The notes under the pieces were generated by a model. That model made no database searches and was not told the origin of the DNA. It saw only the letters and a program-made list of their open reading frames with translations. This document shows positions 12,860-25,399 of a DNA stretch of 64,000 nucleotides, piece after piece. Every line of letters begins with the position of its first letter. Within the stretch, counting starts at the first letter, position 1. The DNA is from Torpedo marmorata (taxonomy: Eukaryota): the NCBI GenBank assembly GCA_977017645.1, contig OZ360219.1:275156001-275220000 (forward strand), in the 5' to 3' direction. The position numbers were made by a program, and so were the translations under genes.

Positions 12860-13220
12860 TATGCATTTTGAGTTACCTATCAATGTGAGAAATCTCATTC
12901 TTGGTGGCAATTTTAATTCTAGATATTCAATACCTAAGCAGTTTGTTTTAATCTACAACCTCAGAAACATAGTTGTCAGCATTTCGGAATTTAGACCAAA
13001 ATATAGGGAGTCTGTGGTTCATGGATTTCATTTGAAACCAGTTCTTCATTGAACGTTCTTGTAAAGACAAGAACGAGATCATCAGATAAATCTGGATTGA
13101 ATTGGAACTTGGATAAACGATGTAGCGAGAAATCTGAGTATCTGTTAAAAGGTAATGGATCTGTAGTTGACAGAAAATTTCATCTCCAGAGGACATAGTT
13201 CTTGAAGACAGTCATTAGGG
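12860..13220 (+). mobile_element. Ancient L1/Tx1-type APE endonuclease relic
   Basis: Translation NLILGGNFNS resembles the I.GGDFN motif; downstream FRPKYRE resembles WR..HP..RE; heavily decayed. Confidence 0.35.
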
Positions 13221-13404
13221 GAAATTATCACTCTTTCCATTCAGTGTGACAGGAGATGGAAGCCTTGTCATTTGCAGCCACATTTTGTGACACCTTTCTT
13301 GGTATCAGAAACCAGTTTTAACAGTTTTCTTGGATAAACCACTACAATTGAGATATAAGGTATAACAAAAGTTGTTTGATAGTAATTAAATACCAAAGGA
13401 TATC

Positions 13405-13678
13405 TGTATAAGGTGAGGGGAGGAATGTTTAAAGGAGACGTCAGGGGTAAGTTTTTTTACAGAGAGGAGTGGGTGTCTGGAATGGGTGACAGGGATGGTG
13501 GTGGAGACTGGTACAATAGGAACATTTAAAAGTCTCTTAGATAGGCACATGGATGTAAGAAAAATAGATGGTTATGGGTGTGAGGTAGGGAACGATTAGA
13601 TTATGGAGTAGGTTTATATAGGTTGAACAACATCGTGGGCTGAAGGGCCTGTACTGTGCTGTAATGTTTTATGTTCTA
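13405..13678 (+). mobile_element. CR1 LINE 3' end
   Basis: Typical CR1 end (TTTAAAGGAGACGTCAGGGGTAAGTTTTTTTACAGAGAG...GGGCTGAAGGGCCTGTACTGTGCTG) with a TATGTTC-type tail. Confidence 0.75.
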
Positions 13679-14524
13679 ATTACGACAGAGTTCATCAAAT
13701 TGGCTCTGTGCTACATGCCATGAGGTGCCTTGATTAAGGAGCCTGAAGCATGGTTGATAGAGTCACTACTCACCACAAATAACGGGAAGAGCATAATCCT
13801 CATTTCTATTAATACCTTATTTGGTCTCCTCAGTGGGAAACTACCTGATGAAACTGGAAACCCCTCTTGACATACAGTTCCCAGAGATTTGATTTACAAC
13901 AGCATTGGTATGGTTTGGCAAACTCCGATGCATGATCTGAGGGACATGCACACGAAAATTACTGATTTGGAATGCGAATAGTCCTATTATATTAATAGTT
14001 CAATTCCCTACTGTAATTATATTTTTGAATGCCCAATTAATGCCATTTATGTGCATAATAATTCTGATTTCATTACATTTTATAATGTAGATCCATGTTG
14101 CATGGTTCATCCATCTTAACTTTGAACACTGCATTACTCTCAGAGTGTAAGTACAGATAATTACACCGAACAGCCCGAGAGCAAAATTTATAAATACCAT
14201 AAGTGGGTTAATTCACTTTAGATATTCAGAATAGAATTACCGGTAGCTTATTAGAGATATAGGATTTAGCAATTTGGTTGTTGCCAATGAATTACAGTAT
14301 ACAGTTTGATATCTTTTGCTTGGACTACCAGTTGTGAACTGTATAATGGGTGTAAGAAAATGATTGATCAAAAAAGAATGATCAAACCTTTGGAACAAAT
14401 ATTCTAAACCAGAGAATCCTATGGCCTTATCTCTTCCTTGACTGATGTAGTATACTTTGAGATGTATTAAGGTGACCTTAAGGCACTGGGTAGACTTTAC
14501 ATTTCCTATTTGCCAGTTTATTCT

Positions 14525-14583
14525 TATGCAAACACCGAATTTCATGACCTGTTCATGACAATAAATTCTGATTCTGATTCTGA
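14525..14583 (+). mobile_element. Extreme 3' tail of the Rex1-like LINE
   Basis: CACCGAATTTCATGAC...AATAAATTCTGATTCTGATTCTGA, the reverse complement of the tails at 4538 and 28584. Confidence 0.75.
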
Positions 14584-15210
14584 AATAAGAGATGTCTAGC
14601 CTTTGATCACCCAGTTGGAATATTGAGGTGGGGAAGTATGATATATATTAGGTAAATGGACAAATAACCCAGGGAATCTTTGTTCAATTCCCAAAATAGC
14701 AGTTGAAGAATTTCAAATGGATTTTGGTCTGTGCAGCCAAGCTTTCATTGTGAATTTTATTGTAATTTGTAAATTTCCTCGGTCCTTCTTTCCAATAATA
14801 AGAATTAATCACTAAGGCTACGTTGAAACTTCCTTCTGCTTTGCCACTAGATCTGCATGCAAAAGTAAATGCCATTGGAATTTTTTTGCAGACAAATATG
14901 CCTTTAATTATGTTTCCAGAAACCGCTGGAAATGTTTACCACAAACCATTCCATGTGGCTATTTGCACTTGTATTTTTTTCACAATTAATAACTGTAAAT
15001 TGTTAGCTATCGTGCTAAACATTGAACAGACTCTAGCTCTACAATAAGAAATGTAAAAAACAATATAAAGATGTACTTGGTGAGAGTTGGGTTTGAAAGG
15101 GTTAATACTTTGATCTTCAGCTTGAGGATAGCTGTACAGGTGTATTCCCATTGATGTCTATTGATATTTCCATATAGTATTGGCAAACTAAATTTGAGAT
15201 TTGTGTACTA

Positions 15211-15438
15211 CAATAAAAACCCTGGTATCTGGCACCTATGGGGATTGGTATATGCCAGATAAGTTAATTTTCAGATTGCTTGAGATTGCATGTTTGCATG
15301 TTGCGTGGATTGGCGAACTAACGGCGGGGTACGCCAATTTTAATCTTCCGTGTTTTTTACCTGTTTATTTTCCGCAATATTTTTGCTGGTTGCTTGAGGC
15401 TGCCAGTGCTTGAATTCCAGATAATGGGGGTTTTCCTG
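15211..15438. mobile_element. Short, older MITE of the same family as 3302-4026, opposite orientation
   Basis: Both ~60-bp ends align with the ends of 3302-4026; TA on the left flank. Confidence 0.7.
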
Positions 15439-16345
15439 AACTTGTATATCTGAGGGCGCTGCCCCAGAATTCCCATGGTCTTAGATGAGGTACGAAACTA
15501 AACCTGTCATCTGATATATTATTCTGGGTTTTACCTTGATATGTTTGTCAATTGGTATAACTTGTCCTCGTTTGATAGAATGTAATGCTTGAAAGCAGGG
15601 CCAAATCGGTCAGTCTGTATTGTTCTTTATGCTTGTCAAAATTCTATGTTTCCTATTCCATCTTCTTAATCTCCAAAACTAATTTAATATTCTCTCTATC
15701 CTCTCCACAGCCACGTTTTGGTAACAGCATGGTCAAATAGTCTTGTACTTCAACTGGGACCCCAACACCCAGTATGTTCTCTACCCTCATTCCTCCCTTT
15801 CACAAGCTTTTTCCCCAATAACATGTTTGTGCTATATCTCCTACCAGTTGCCATCTTGATGGTGTTTTCACCTTAATCATCAGTTTTTGACTAAATCCTG
15901 GGTTTTTTTTAACAAGTGCAACTGAATAAGTTCTGACTGTAACCAGTCTAGTCCATTTTCTCCTCTGTCAAACCCTTGCGTAACTCCTGTATTAAAGTCA
16001 ATTGATAGGCACGTTATTTCCTCTCATGGGCAAGGTCCATGTTATATCGTACATTTCATGATATTGAAACCTCTTAGTAAGCTTTGCAGGATTAAGGTTA
16101 GTGATATCTGAAGAGACATATATAACAGCGAGAAGTTTATAATAAGCTCTATAACAACCAAATTTTGATAAAATTTGATTAGAAACTAATCTATTAATGC
16201 TTATGTTAGGGCAGCATCCATTTGAAAATTTTGTTCTTGTAATTTCTGTAAAATCCTGTTTTTGCTTCTATTGTGATGTATGAAACAAAACTGATGAATT
16301 TTTGTGTAGGTAAGGTAAGGGTTTTGCTGGCAAAGCTAGCAATTA

Positions 16346-16659
16346 CAAATGCTCCTCTACTTACGATGGTCCGACTTACGATTTTTCGAAGTTACGATGG
16401 TCGTTATCACTATATTTTATGATTAAAAATAGTTTTTTTCAGTGTGAAATAAAAGGTATTCAACATTTAATTATAAAGCAGGCTTTGTTTTAGATAAATT
16501 TGCCCAGCTATAGCTATGGTAAGTGTTCTGAGCATGTTTAAGGTAGGTTAGATGTTCGGTAGGTGCGATACTCTATCTTTTTCGACTTAAGACTTACGAT
16601 TTTTCCACTTACGACGGGTTTATTGGAACACAACTCTATTGTAAGTCGAGGAGCACCTG
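16346..16659 (-). mobile_element. Tigger-type MITE resembling MER47A/Tigger5
   Basis: TIRs CAAATGCTCCTCTACTTAC / GTAAGTCGAGGAGCACCTG, TA flanks, repeated ACTTACGAT subterminal motifs; the interior matches the MER47A consensus as I recall it. Confidence 0.75.
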
Positions 16660-17782
16660 TATTGCCTATTCCTAATTAACCTTGAAAATAGCTATGGTCC
16701 ACCACCTTGTGCTTCTGGAGTTTATCTGGTGAAGGTACTCCCAGTGGCACACAGTGTCTCGTGGACATGTGGTGCTGAATGTTTTCGATCTGGTTTGAAT
16801 CTTCTATCAAAGTGAATTTGCAGCTTGTGCCCTCGAGGACTATGCCATGGTGTCTTCTACCAACACTGTCATAAACAGATGTATCTTGCTAAATATAGGG
16901 TCTTTCCTCGCAAGTTGGGTCTCTTACCACCCGCTGTAAACCATTGCTGACTGTTATAATCTTTATAACTTTGCCAACTATATCAGTGGTAGTTATGAAC
17001 CACACTGGCTGCAAGTAATTGAAGTTCCCAGTGCTTTTCCAAGAGGAGCTTATGTGTAGGGGTCAGCTTCTCCACCCACACCCACCCTCAATGGAGGATA
17101 GCAGATGGTAGGGGAGACTTCCAGGCCTGATGCCGTGCAGACCAGTGTTGAGAATCAAAGGGCCACTCCCTGTCAACTACCACCGTTTGACATGCTGTCG
17201 GGACAGGGTTACCCAAGGATAGTGGTAGTCGAGTCTGGAACTGAAAGATACAATTCTGAGGGTATGACCAGAAAGACTGTTTCTGTGGGACAGTTCTTCC
17301 AATTAAGTACAAATATGATTTTATGAGGAGCATTTGGTAGCGTTAAGTATGCCAAAAAAAAGTTCTTTGGTTGATGCCGTATAATCAATCTGATTTTTAT
17401 TTTTGTTAAATTGTGATTTATTTTATTTTTTTGCATTTGATACAACTCTTGTGAGTCCCTGATCATGAGTTTTCAGCTCAGAGTGCCGTGTAGTTCAGGC
17501 AAGGGAAGGGCAATGTACATTCTAAGTGAACCAAAATAGCAAGTTACCAATGCTAATACTATCTTTCAGTTCCAGATTTAAAAATAATATTTGAATAACT
17601 GAATGTAAATACCCCAGCTGCCCCAGCGGGATTTCAAGTGATCATTAATGCAAGCTGCTATATTAGCAGGGTAGAAACTACCACAATTTTACTCACATGC
17701 TGAATGAGAACTTCTTCTACAAGGATTGGAATCACGATCAACAGCATTTTGGCAATTGAAAATAATTTAATAATTAACTTAA

Positions 17783-17872
17783 GGGAGGGTTTCGTACTTT
17801 TTTTAGGAATGTATGGGTCGGCACAACATCGAGGGCCGAAGGGCCTGTACTGAGCTGTAGTGTTCTATGTTT
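17783..17872 (+). mobile_element. CR1 LINE 3' tail fragment
   Basis: GGCACAACATCGAGGGCCGAAGGGCCTGTACTGAGCTGTAGTGTTCTATG. Confidence 0.7.
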
Positions 17873-18093
17873 AACACAGGACATCCCAGGTCTGATGGCT
17901 GATTCCACTAGCTTGAATATTTCTTACCATTTTCCTCAATTGAATTTAATTATATCAACACCGATGCCATTTTGGTGATAAAATCTAAATTAGAAGAGTA
18001 AGATCGATTAGAACCACCAGCTAAGTTAAATTCACATTCTTGGTAAAGTGGATTTAAACTTTGAGGGGAACCTGGAAGGCTCATAGTTAACTA

Positions 18094-19794
18094 CCGTATA
18101 TTTCAGCGTATAAGTCGACTGACAGATGTCGGGTCCACTTTTTCAGCCTCTTTTTAATGGTTTTATCATATATCGGGCATATAAGTCGACCCCCAAATAT
18201 CGTGATGACTGAGCTGTTGGGCGTTGGCTGAAGGTGGTTGTTATCATGGAGGCTCCAGCAAAACGACAAAAGTATGAAGCGAGTTTTAAGTTAAAAATAA
18301 TAGAAATGGCCAAGAAAACCAACAACTGTGCTGCTGCAAGAAAATTTGATGTATATGAGAAGTTGGCAAGAGATTGGAGAAAGAAAGAAGAGACTTTAAG
18401 AAAAATACCAAAAAGGCAATGTTCGATGAGAAGAGGAATCACTCGTTGGCCAGAGTTAGAAAATCACGTCGCAGCATGGGTACGTGAACAGAGGCAAGAT
18501 TGCTACATAGTCACCCAAAATAAACTAAGAGCATTTGTACTGAAGTGGGCAAAGTCGTGCCCAGAACGCAGTAAAGATTTTGAAGCTACAGTAGGCTGGT
18601 GCAACCGTTTCATGAACAGGAAAAATCTGGTATTACGACAAAAAAAAAAAATTGCTCAGAAACTACCAAAAGATCTTGATCATAAAGTTGTAAGTTTTCA
18701 CCAGTTTATTATACGTAACCGGCAGAAACACCAGTTTGCATTGGCAAATATTGGAAACATGGACGAAACCCCCATGAATTTCGACATGATAGGCAATAGA
18801 ACAGTGGAATGTAAAGGTGTGAAAACTGTGCAAACCAGGAGTACAGGCCATGAAAGGACCAGGTTTACCGTGGTGTTATCGTGCATGGCTGACGGGACAA
18901 AGTTAAGGCCCATGGTAATCTTCAAGCGCAAACTTAAACCTAAAATAAAATTCCCAGCAGGTATTTTTGTATATTTTCATGAAAAAGGATGGATGGATGA
19001 AAATGGTGTAAAACTATGGGTAGACAATGTGTGGAACAGGCGGTTTACGCAAGGAACGGAGTTTGCTGGTCTGGGATATGTTTCGTAGCCACTTAACTGA
19101 GAACACTAAAAGTAGATTAGCACTAAATAATACTTACATGGCGGTTATCCCGGATGGTTTGACATCTCTATTGCAACCTCTCGATGTCTGCTTGAACAAG
19201 CCATTCAAAGACCATGTGCGTGAAGAATGGAATACATGGATGACGAGTGCAGAAAAATTGTTTACAAAAGGCGGGGCAATGCGTGCTGCATCACTTGATG
19301 TGCTGTGTGACTTTATGCTCAAAGCATGGGATAAAGTGAAAGTGGAGACTGTAATAAAATCATTTAAAAAGTGTGGTATCTCTTGTGCAATTGATGGTAT
19401 GGAAGATGATTTATTGTGGGACACTGACGACGAAGCTGAAGCCGCCTCATCAGATACAGACTGGGACCCGTATGATGACTGTCTAAACAGTGAGAGTATG
19501 GATGTGCTTGCCGCGATCTTTGCCTCAGACGATGATAGTGATAGTGATTTTGAAGGATTCTAAATGTGTTTTTTTTTCAATAAAAATTTTGTTCTAATAT
19601 ACTGATAGCATGAAAATTTGTTGTAGTTGGGTTTTTTGGGGTTTTTCAAGGGTCGACATACGCCGAATATCCATCCAGCGGTTTTTTGAGTTGAATTTAA
19701 GGTCTCAAAAGTATATCTGCCGTATAAGTCGACCCCCATTTTTTGAGAGATTTTTGAGGGTTTCAAGACTCGACTTATACGCCAAAATATACGG
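18094..19794 (+). mobile_element. Full-length pogo-superfamily DNA transposon (DD35D, Passer-like)
   Basis: TIRs CCGTATATTT(CA/TG)GCGTATAAGTCGA, TA TSD (18092-18093, 19795-19796), subterminal TATAAGTCGACCC repeats and an internal transposase. Confidence 0.92.
18246..19563 (+). pseudogene. pogo transposase with a single frameshift
   Basis: Brinker-like N-terminal HTH (YEASFKLKIIE), CENP-B HTH (WPELE...GWCNRFMNR), catalytic NMDETP / VWDMF / QPLDV with 35 residues between the last two Asp, acidic tail; frameshift near 19040. Confidence 0.9.
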
Positions 19795-19811
19795 TACCTT
19801 CTTAAAAAGCA

Positions 19812-20440
19812 ATATAGAATTATAGAGTGCCAACCAATTTGACATTCTGGGCTAGTCCCATGTGCCTGCATTTTGGTCCATATTTTTCTGAGCCCTTCTT
19901 ATCCTTACATCTGTTCAAATGTCTTTGGAATGTTGAAATTGTGCCCACTTGTACAGTTTCCTCTGGCAACTTGTTCCAGATACGGATGAACCTTCTGAGT
20001 GAAAAAGTTGTCCCTCGGGTCTCTTTTCAATCTCTTTCCTCTCATGTTAAACCTATGCCCTTTAGTTCTGGAATATACTACTCTGGGAAGAAGACTGTGA
20101 GCATTCACTTTATCCATGCTCCTCTTGATTTTACAAAACTTTATAAGGTCACCCCTCAGCCTCCTACACTCACAGGAATAAAAACTCAGCCTATCCAACC
20201 TCTCCCTATAACTAAAGCCCTCTTGTCCTGGCGAACCTTCTATGTTCCCGTTCTAACTTACTGGTATAGTGGAATCATGAAGTCCCAACCTTTGTACTAA
20301 ATATCCTGCCCAATGAAGGCAAGCATGCTAAACACCACCTGTACCTTGCCCACCTGAGTTGCCACTTTCAGGGAACTATACACCTGTACCCATAGGCCTC
20401 TCTGTTCTACAACACTCTCCACAGTCCTGCCATTTACTAT
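19812..20440 (-). mobile_element. CR1 LINE 3' fragment
   Basis: ORF2 C-terminus RRLRGDLI...SRTKGH...NFFTQKV. Confidence 0.8.
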
Positions 20441-20859
20441 GAAACATGACCAAATATTCGGCGTGAATATTTATTTATGTAGTAGCAAAATCCACATAAA
20501 ATATAGCTAACTTCAAATTATTTGCATTGCTTTCTTTTTTGATTAATCATGAGGAACTTTAGTCTTAATTTTTCTCTTCCTGGGATTGACTTAAAGTTTA
20601 AACTTTTCTACTCTAACAGTAATGTGACTACCATACAACTACTAGCCCTGTGGTTGCTGCTATTCATACATTAATGTTTAAGAGCTTAACATAAAGAAAA
20701 ATCTGCTTGGCCCCTGAAACAATATCATTTGTTCTGTTTCATGAACCCAATTAATCTTTTGGAAAGATTCTGCAAAGTGTCCTCCCAATCATCAGTGGTA
20801 AATTGAGGAAAACATTAGGATGTCTTTTTATTCATATAGTATTCATTCGTATCTCTATT

Positions 20860-21100
20860 CACAGTTAGCGTAGTGCTTAGCTCATAGCTATTACTGTGCT
20901 AGCGAATCCGCTACTGTCTGTAAAGAGTTTGTACATTCTCCCCGTGACCGTATGGGTTTCCTCCTCGTGCTCCGGTTTCCTCCCAGCCTCCAAAACATAT
21001 GGGGATTGTAGGTTGGTTGTGTATTTGGGCAGTGCTTGCTTGTGGGCTGTAAGGGCCTCTTGCTATGCTGTATCTCTGAATATAAATATAAATAAAATAT
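20860..21100 (+). mobile_element. V-SINE copy (diverged)
   Basis: GAGTTTGTACATTCTCCCCGTGACCGTATGGGTTTCCTCC V-domain. Confidence 0.75.
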
Positions 21101-21336
21101 ATTCAATGATATCAATTCTCCAGCCACTATTTTCCTTGGCATAATGTTCTGGAAACATCATACAAACAATTCAATTATCACACTAGCATGTTTTTTTGTA
21201 CCCAATGGTCAATATTTGGGTTAATGTATTAAATAAGTAGATAATAAGTAGTAAATACATAGTAACAGCTATGAATGAAGGGAAACAACAATCATGAAGT
21301 TCCAACTTTTTCAGAAACAGCTATGAATTATTAATT

Positions 21337-22211
21337 TCAAAGTTCAAATGTATTTTCAGAGTACATACATGACATCGCATACAACCCTGAGATTATTTTT
21401 CCTGCGGGCCAGGCAGAATTTCCTCTTATACAAAAGAAAGAAATGTAAATAAAGAATACAGAAAAAATAAATATTCAGTAATAAATAATGTGCAAAGTAA
21501 TAGTCCTTAAATGAGTCTGTGCTTGAGCCTGTTGTTAAGGAGTCTTATGGTGGAGGGGTAGCAACTGTTCCTGTTCCTGGTGGTATGCGTCTTGTGGCAC
21601 CTATACCTCTTTCCTGATGGCAGCAGTGAGAACAGAGCATGTCCTGGGTGGTGTCAATCCTTGATGATTGCTGCTGCTCTCTGACGGCAGTGTTCCATGT
21701 TGATTTTCTCGATGGTGGGGTGTTTTACCTGTAATGCACTGGGCTGTGTCCACTACCTTTTGCAGGGCTTTCCGCTCAGAGGTATTGGTAACCCCATACC
21801 AGGCCATGACACAGATGACCAGCACACTTTCCACTACTTATCTGTAGAAGTTTTCCAAGGTTTTCAATGTCGTACCAAATCTCCGCAACCTGCTGAGAAA
21901 GTAGAGGCGCTGACATGCTTTCTTCGCGATGGCATCAGTATGTTAGGTCCAGGAAAGGACCTCCGAGATATTGACTCCCAGCAATTTAAATTTGCTCACC
22001 CTCTCCACTTCTGATCCCCCAATGATCACTGGATCATACACATCTGGTTTTCCCTTCTTAAAATCTACAATCAGCTCCGTGGTTTTGGTGACATTGAGTG
22101 TGAGGTTGTTGTTCGTATACCATTCAGCCAAGTTTTCAATCTCTCTCCTGTATGCTGACTTATCACCCCTATTTATACAGCCCACTACTGTGGTATCGTC
22201 ATCAAATTTGT
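21337..22211 (-). mobile_element. Rex1-like LINE 3' fragment (second subfamily)
   Basis: RT C-terminal peptides (AYRREIENLAEW..NNLTLNVTKT.ELIVDF, VERVSKFKLLGV); similar to 53988-54971. Confidence 0.85.
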
Positions 22212-23024
22212 CATTTTTATTTACAATTCTTTAAGGAGAATTTAATTCTTTAAGGATAGCACAACTAGTGAAACTTGAGCAAAATGCTTAAAGACATTAA
22301 TCAGTCTCAAAATGTCCCTTCCATTAGCTATACACTATATTTAAAATTTACTGCATGCTGCACTTGAACACCCAATAATTTTGAATTCCTTCAGAACCCT
22401 AATCCTTGTTCACTTATTTTCAATGAGAACATTCTTATTTGGATGATCACTGAAGAGAGAGGGACAGTTTATTTTAATACCACCCTTGTGTACAGTTGCT
22501 TATTCTCGTAAGTTCAAAGAAAAACAACAGTGTGACCACAGCAGAGCAATGACAGTTCATTTTGTTGTATTCCAATGAAGAATATTAATACAAATATATC
22601 ATGTAATCTCCATAAATAGTTTTTTCATGTCCATTGTTGGACATCAGTATGTCCAATGAGCTAAAATGATATTTAAATAATTTTTGATGTACATTCTTGT
22701 GGAATTGGAATGATTTGTTTGCCTCTCACTTTTGTGATAAACTCACATTGTTCCCTGTGATCTACTGTTACATAGTTCTTGATCATGTTTCGCCAAACCA
22801 TTTCCATTTGTCTCTGTCATTCAACTGCAAAGTGCAGATGACCTTTGTGCATGTGGATAATCAATGGGCAAACTCCAAGTCGCTGTTGATGGCTCCACCA
22901 AAGCATATAAAAGGATGGACCTTGCATTAAATATTAATGAGACCAACATGTCCCTGTCGCACAACACCTCTCCTTGGCAAGCAAGATTCACGATGGGACC
23001 TTGGCGAACACGAGTCATTTTCTC

Positions 23025-23330
23025 TATTTCAGATTTAGATTTCAGATTTATTGTCAGAGTACAGACATGACATCATACGACTGGGATTGTCTGATCTCAG
23101 AAGCTAAGCAGGCACAGGAATGGTCAGTACTTGGAGGGGAGACCGCCTAGGAACACCAGGTGCTGTAGGTTTCTGTGAGGGGCGCTGGACAAAATAGCGA
23201 CCCTTTGTCTGCCTTACGGTAGACAAAAATTAAAGAATTTCATGTATGTTACATTCTAAATGTAGTATTACGTGACAATAATGGAACCTTTACCTTTCAC
23301 ATACAACCCTGAGATTCTTTTTTCAGGGGC
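23025..23330 (-). mobile_element. Rex1-like LINE 3' tail interrupted by a SINE
   Basis: TTCAGATTTATTGTCAGAGTAC...CATACAACCCTGAGATTC, as at 54000-54060, split by 23079-23297. Confidence 0.7.
23079..23297 (+). mobile_element. 5S rRNA-derived SINE (SINE3-type), 5'-truncated
   Basis: 23089-23172 matches the 3' two-thirds of 5S rRNA (GTCTGATCTCAGAAGCTAAGCAGG...AGTACTTGGA.GGGAGACCGCCT.GGAA.ACC.GGTGCTGTAGG), followed by a non-5S body and a GTGACAATAA...(ACCTTT)n tail. Confidence 0.8.
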
Positions 23331-24349
23331 CACATCTCAGCAAAGGCATACTTTGATGATGAAATTCACTGCCAAAGCCAAATGAGAGAAAGAGTATTCA
23401 AAAACCAAAACCTCAATTTAACTTAGCAGTGATCCCTGTCATATCTTCCAGAAGTAGAGACAAGTGCTGCAAGTCATTCTCCTACCTTGTTATCAATCTT
23501 TAGCCTATCCAAGATCTGAATTACATCATCCTTCACCCAACCTTTGTTCAGCATTTTGTTTTTCAATAAATGATGTTAAATACTCCTTTAGTACCTCGGA
23601 CATGCCCTCTGTTTGGTCTCTGATTGATCCTATTTCTCTTAGCTGCTCACATGCTTGGAGAATATTTTAGATTCCTGCTTATGTTTGCTGCAAATTATTT
23701 TCAAACTTTCTTTGTCTCTTTTATTTTTATTTGCTCACTGAACTGTATGAAAACAGCCTGCTTCTCTCTGATGTTAACAATGTGGCATCCGTCAAATACT
23801 CATTTTTCTGTTTGACTTTCTCTGTTTTTGGTCACCCATGCAATTTTAGCATAAATTCGCTGCACTCTTCTGCCTCATGGTAATGCTGAAATGTCTTCAT
23901 CGTAAAGGCCTCAATGACATTTTTGTCTTCCGAGCTTCGAATCCAATTTATCTGGGACCAATCTGTTCTTATTCCATGAAATTGGTCCTTCTCCACTTGA
24001 CTGTGTTTACCTTGTAGTAATTTATGTCATTTTCCATTGCTTTTCTAAACTATTTGGTATTGTGATAGCTGTTTCCTGGCATTTTTCCCCTCACTGATAT
24101 TTCTGCCAATTGGCCAGGCTCATTTCTCAGAACCAAGTCCAGCCATGCCCCTTTTTTTGGTCCAAAAACAAACTGATGTAAAATATTCTCCTGAATACAC
24201 TTCAGAAAGTCTTCCTCCTCTTTGTCCCTTCTGTTATACTGTGGCAGTCAATATTTGGATAGCTGAAGTCCCCTATTGTCATTGCTTAATAGCTTTAGCA
24301 CATCATTGCAATTTCCCTGCAAATTTCCCCCTCCTCATCCTTCCCACTG

Positions 24350-25265
24350 GAATCATAAGAGTTTTGCAGCATGGAAAAAGGCCCTTCAGCCCAACTTGTC
24401 AGTGCCAACGAAGCTAGTCCTATTTATCTGCATTCGACCCATATCCCTCTAAACCAGTGGTTTTCAAACTTTTTCTTTCCACTCACATACCACTTTCAGT
24501 AATCCCTATGACATAGGTGCTCTGTGATTAGTAAGGGATTACTTAAAGCGTTATGTGAGTGGAATGAAAAAGTTTGAAAACCACTGTTTTAATTGTACCT
24601 AATTGACTCGTTATGTGCACGGTTTCATAACTCCAAAGGAAATGGGCCAATGACAATTTTTCTCAAGCAAAATATTTCAGTAACAATTGGGTCTAGAGGA
24701 GTGGTTCTCAACCTTTTTTTCCCCACTCACATACCACCTTAAGTAATCCCTTACTAATCACAGAGCACCTATGGCAAAGGGATTACTTAAGGTGGTATGT
24801 GAGTGGAAAGAAAAAGTTTGAAAACCACTGCAACCTTTCTTATTCATCTACCCATTTAAATGTCTTTTAAGTGTTACAATTAGCTCCACTGCTACAACTT
24901 CCTCTGGTAGCTTGATCCATATACTCACCACCCTCTGTGTTTAAAATGAGCCCCTCCGTACCCTTTTATCGTTTCCTCTCTCTCCTCAAATCAATGTCCT
25001 CTCGTCTTAGATTTCCCTACCCTGGGAAAACAACTCTGACTTTTTGCCTTATCTATGGTCCTCATGATTTTAATGAACCTCTAAGTGTCCCCCCTCAGCC
25101 TCCTATGCTCCAGGAAGAAAAGTCCCTGTGTATCCAGCCTCTCCCTATAAGCCAAGCCTGTCAGTCCCAGGAACATTCTTGTGAATCTTTTCTGCACCCT
25201 TTCCAGCTTAAGATTTCTTTTCTATAATTGGGCAACCAGAACTGCACACAAAGCTCCAAGTGCGA
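24350..25265 (-). mobile_element. CR1 LINE 3' fragment interrupted by a hAT MITE
   Basis: Same CR1 motifs as 19812-20440; the sequence resumes after 24830. Confidence 0.7.
24455..24830. mobile_element. Compound hAT (Charlie-like) MITE: two ~132-bp palindromic units plus spacer
   Basis: Units 24455-24586 and 24699-24830 with TIR CAGTGGTTTTCAAAC; the second unit is preceded by GTCTAGAG, a Charlie-type NTCTAGAN target. Confidence 0.8.
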
Positions 25266-25399
25266 CCCACAACCAGTTGGCAGCCTGCAGAGTACTCCCA
25301 GTGTATCTCTAATATTTAATTTTAAACTGAGAGATTCTGCCTTTGATCATCTAGAATTGTAATATTCAATTTAATCAATAAACTAGTGACTTAATTAAT

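Noticed and set aside
23089-23172. Functional 5S rRNA gene
   Set aside because: The first ~35 nt are missing, there are several substitutions, it is fused to a retroposon-like tail and it is inserted in another repeat.
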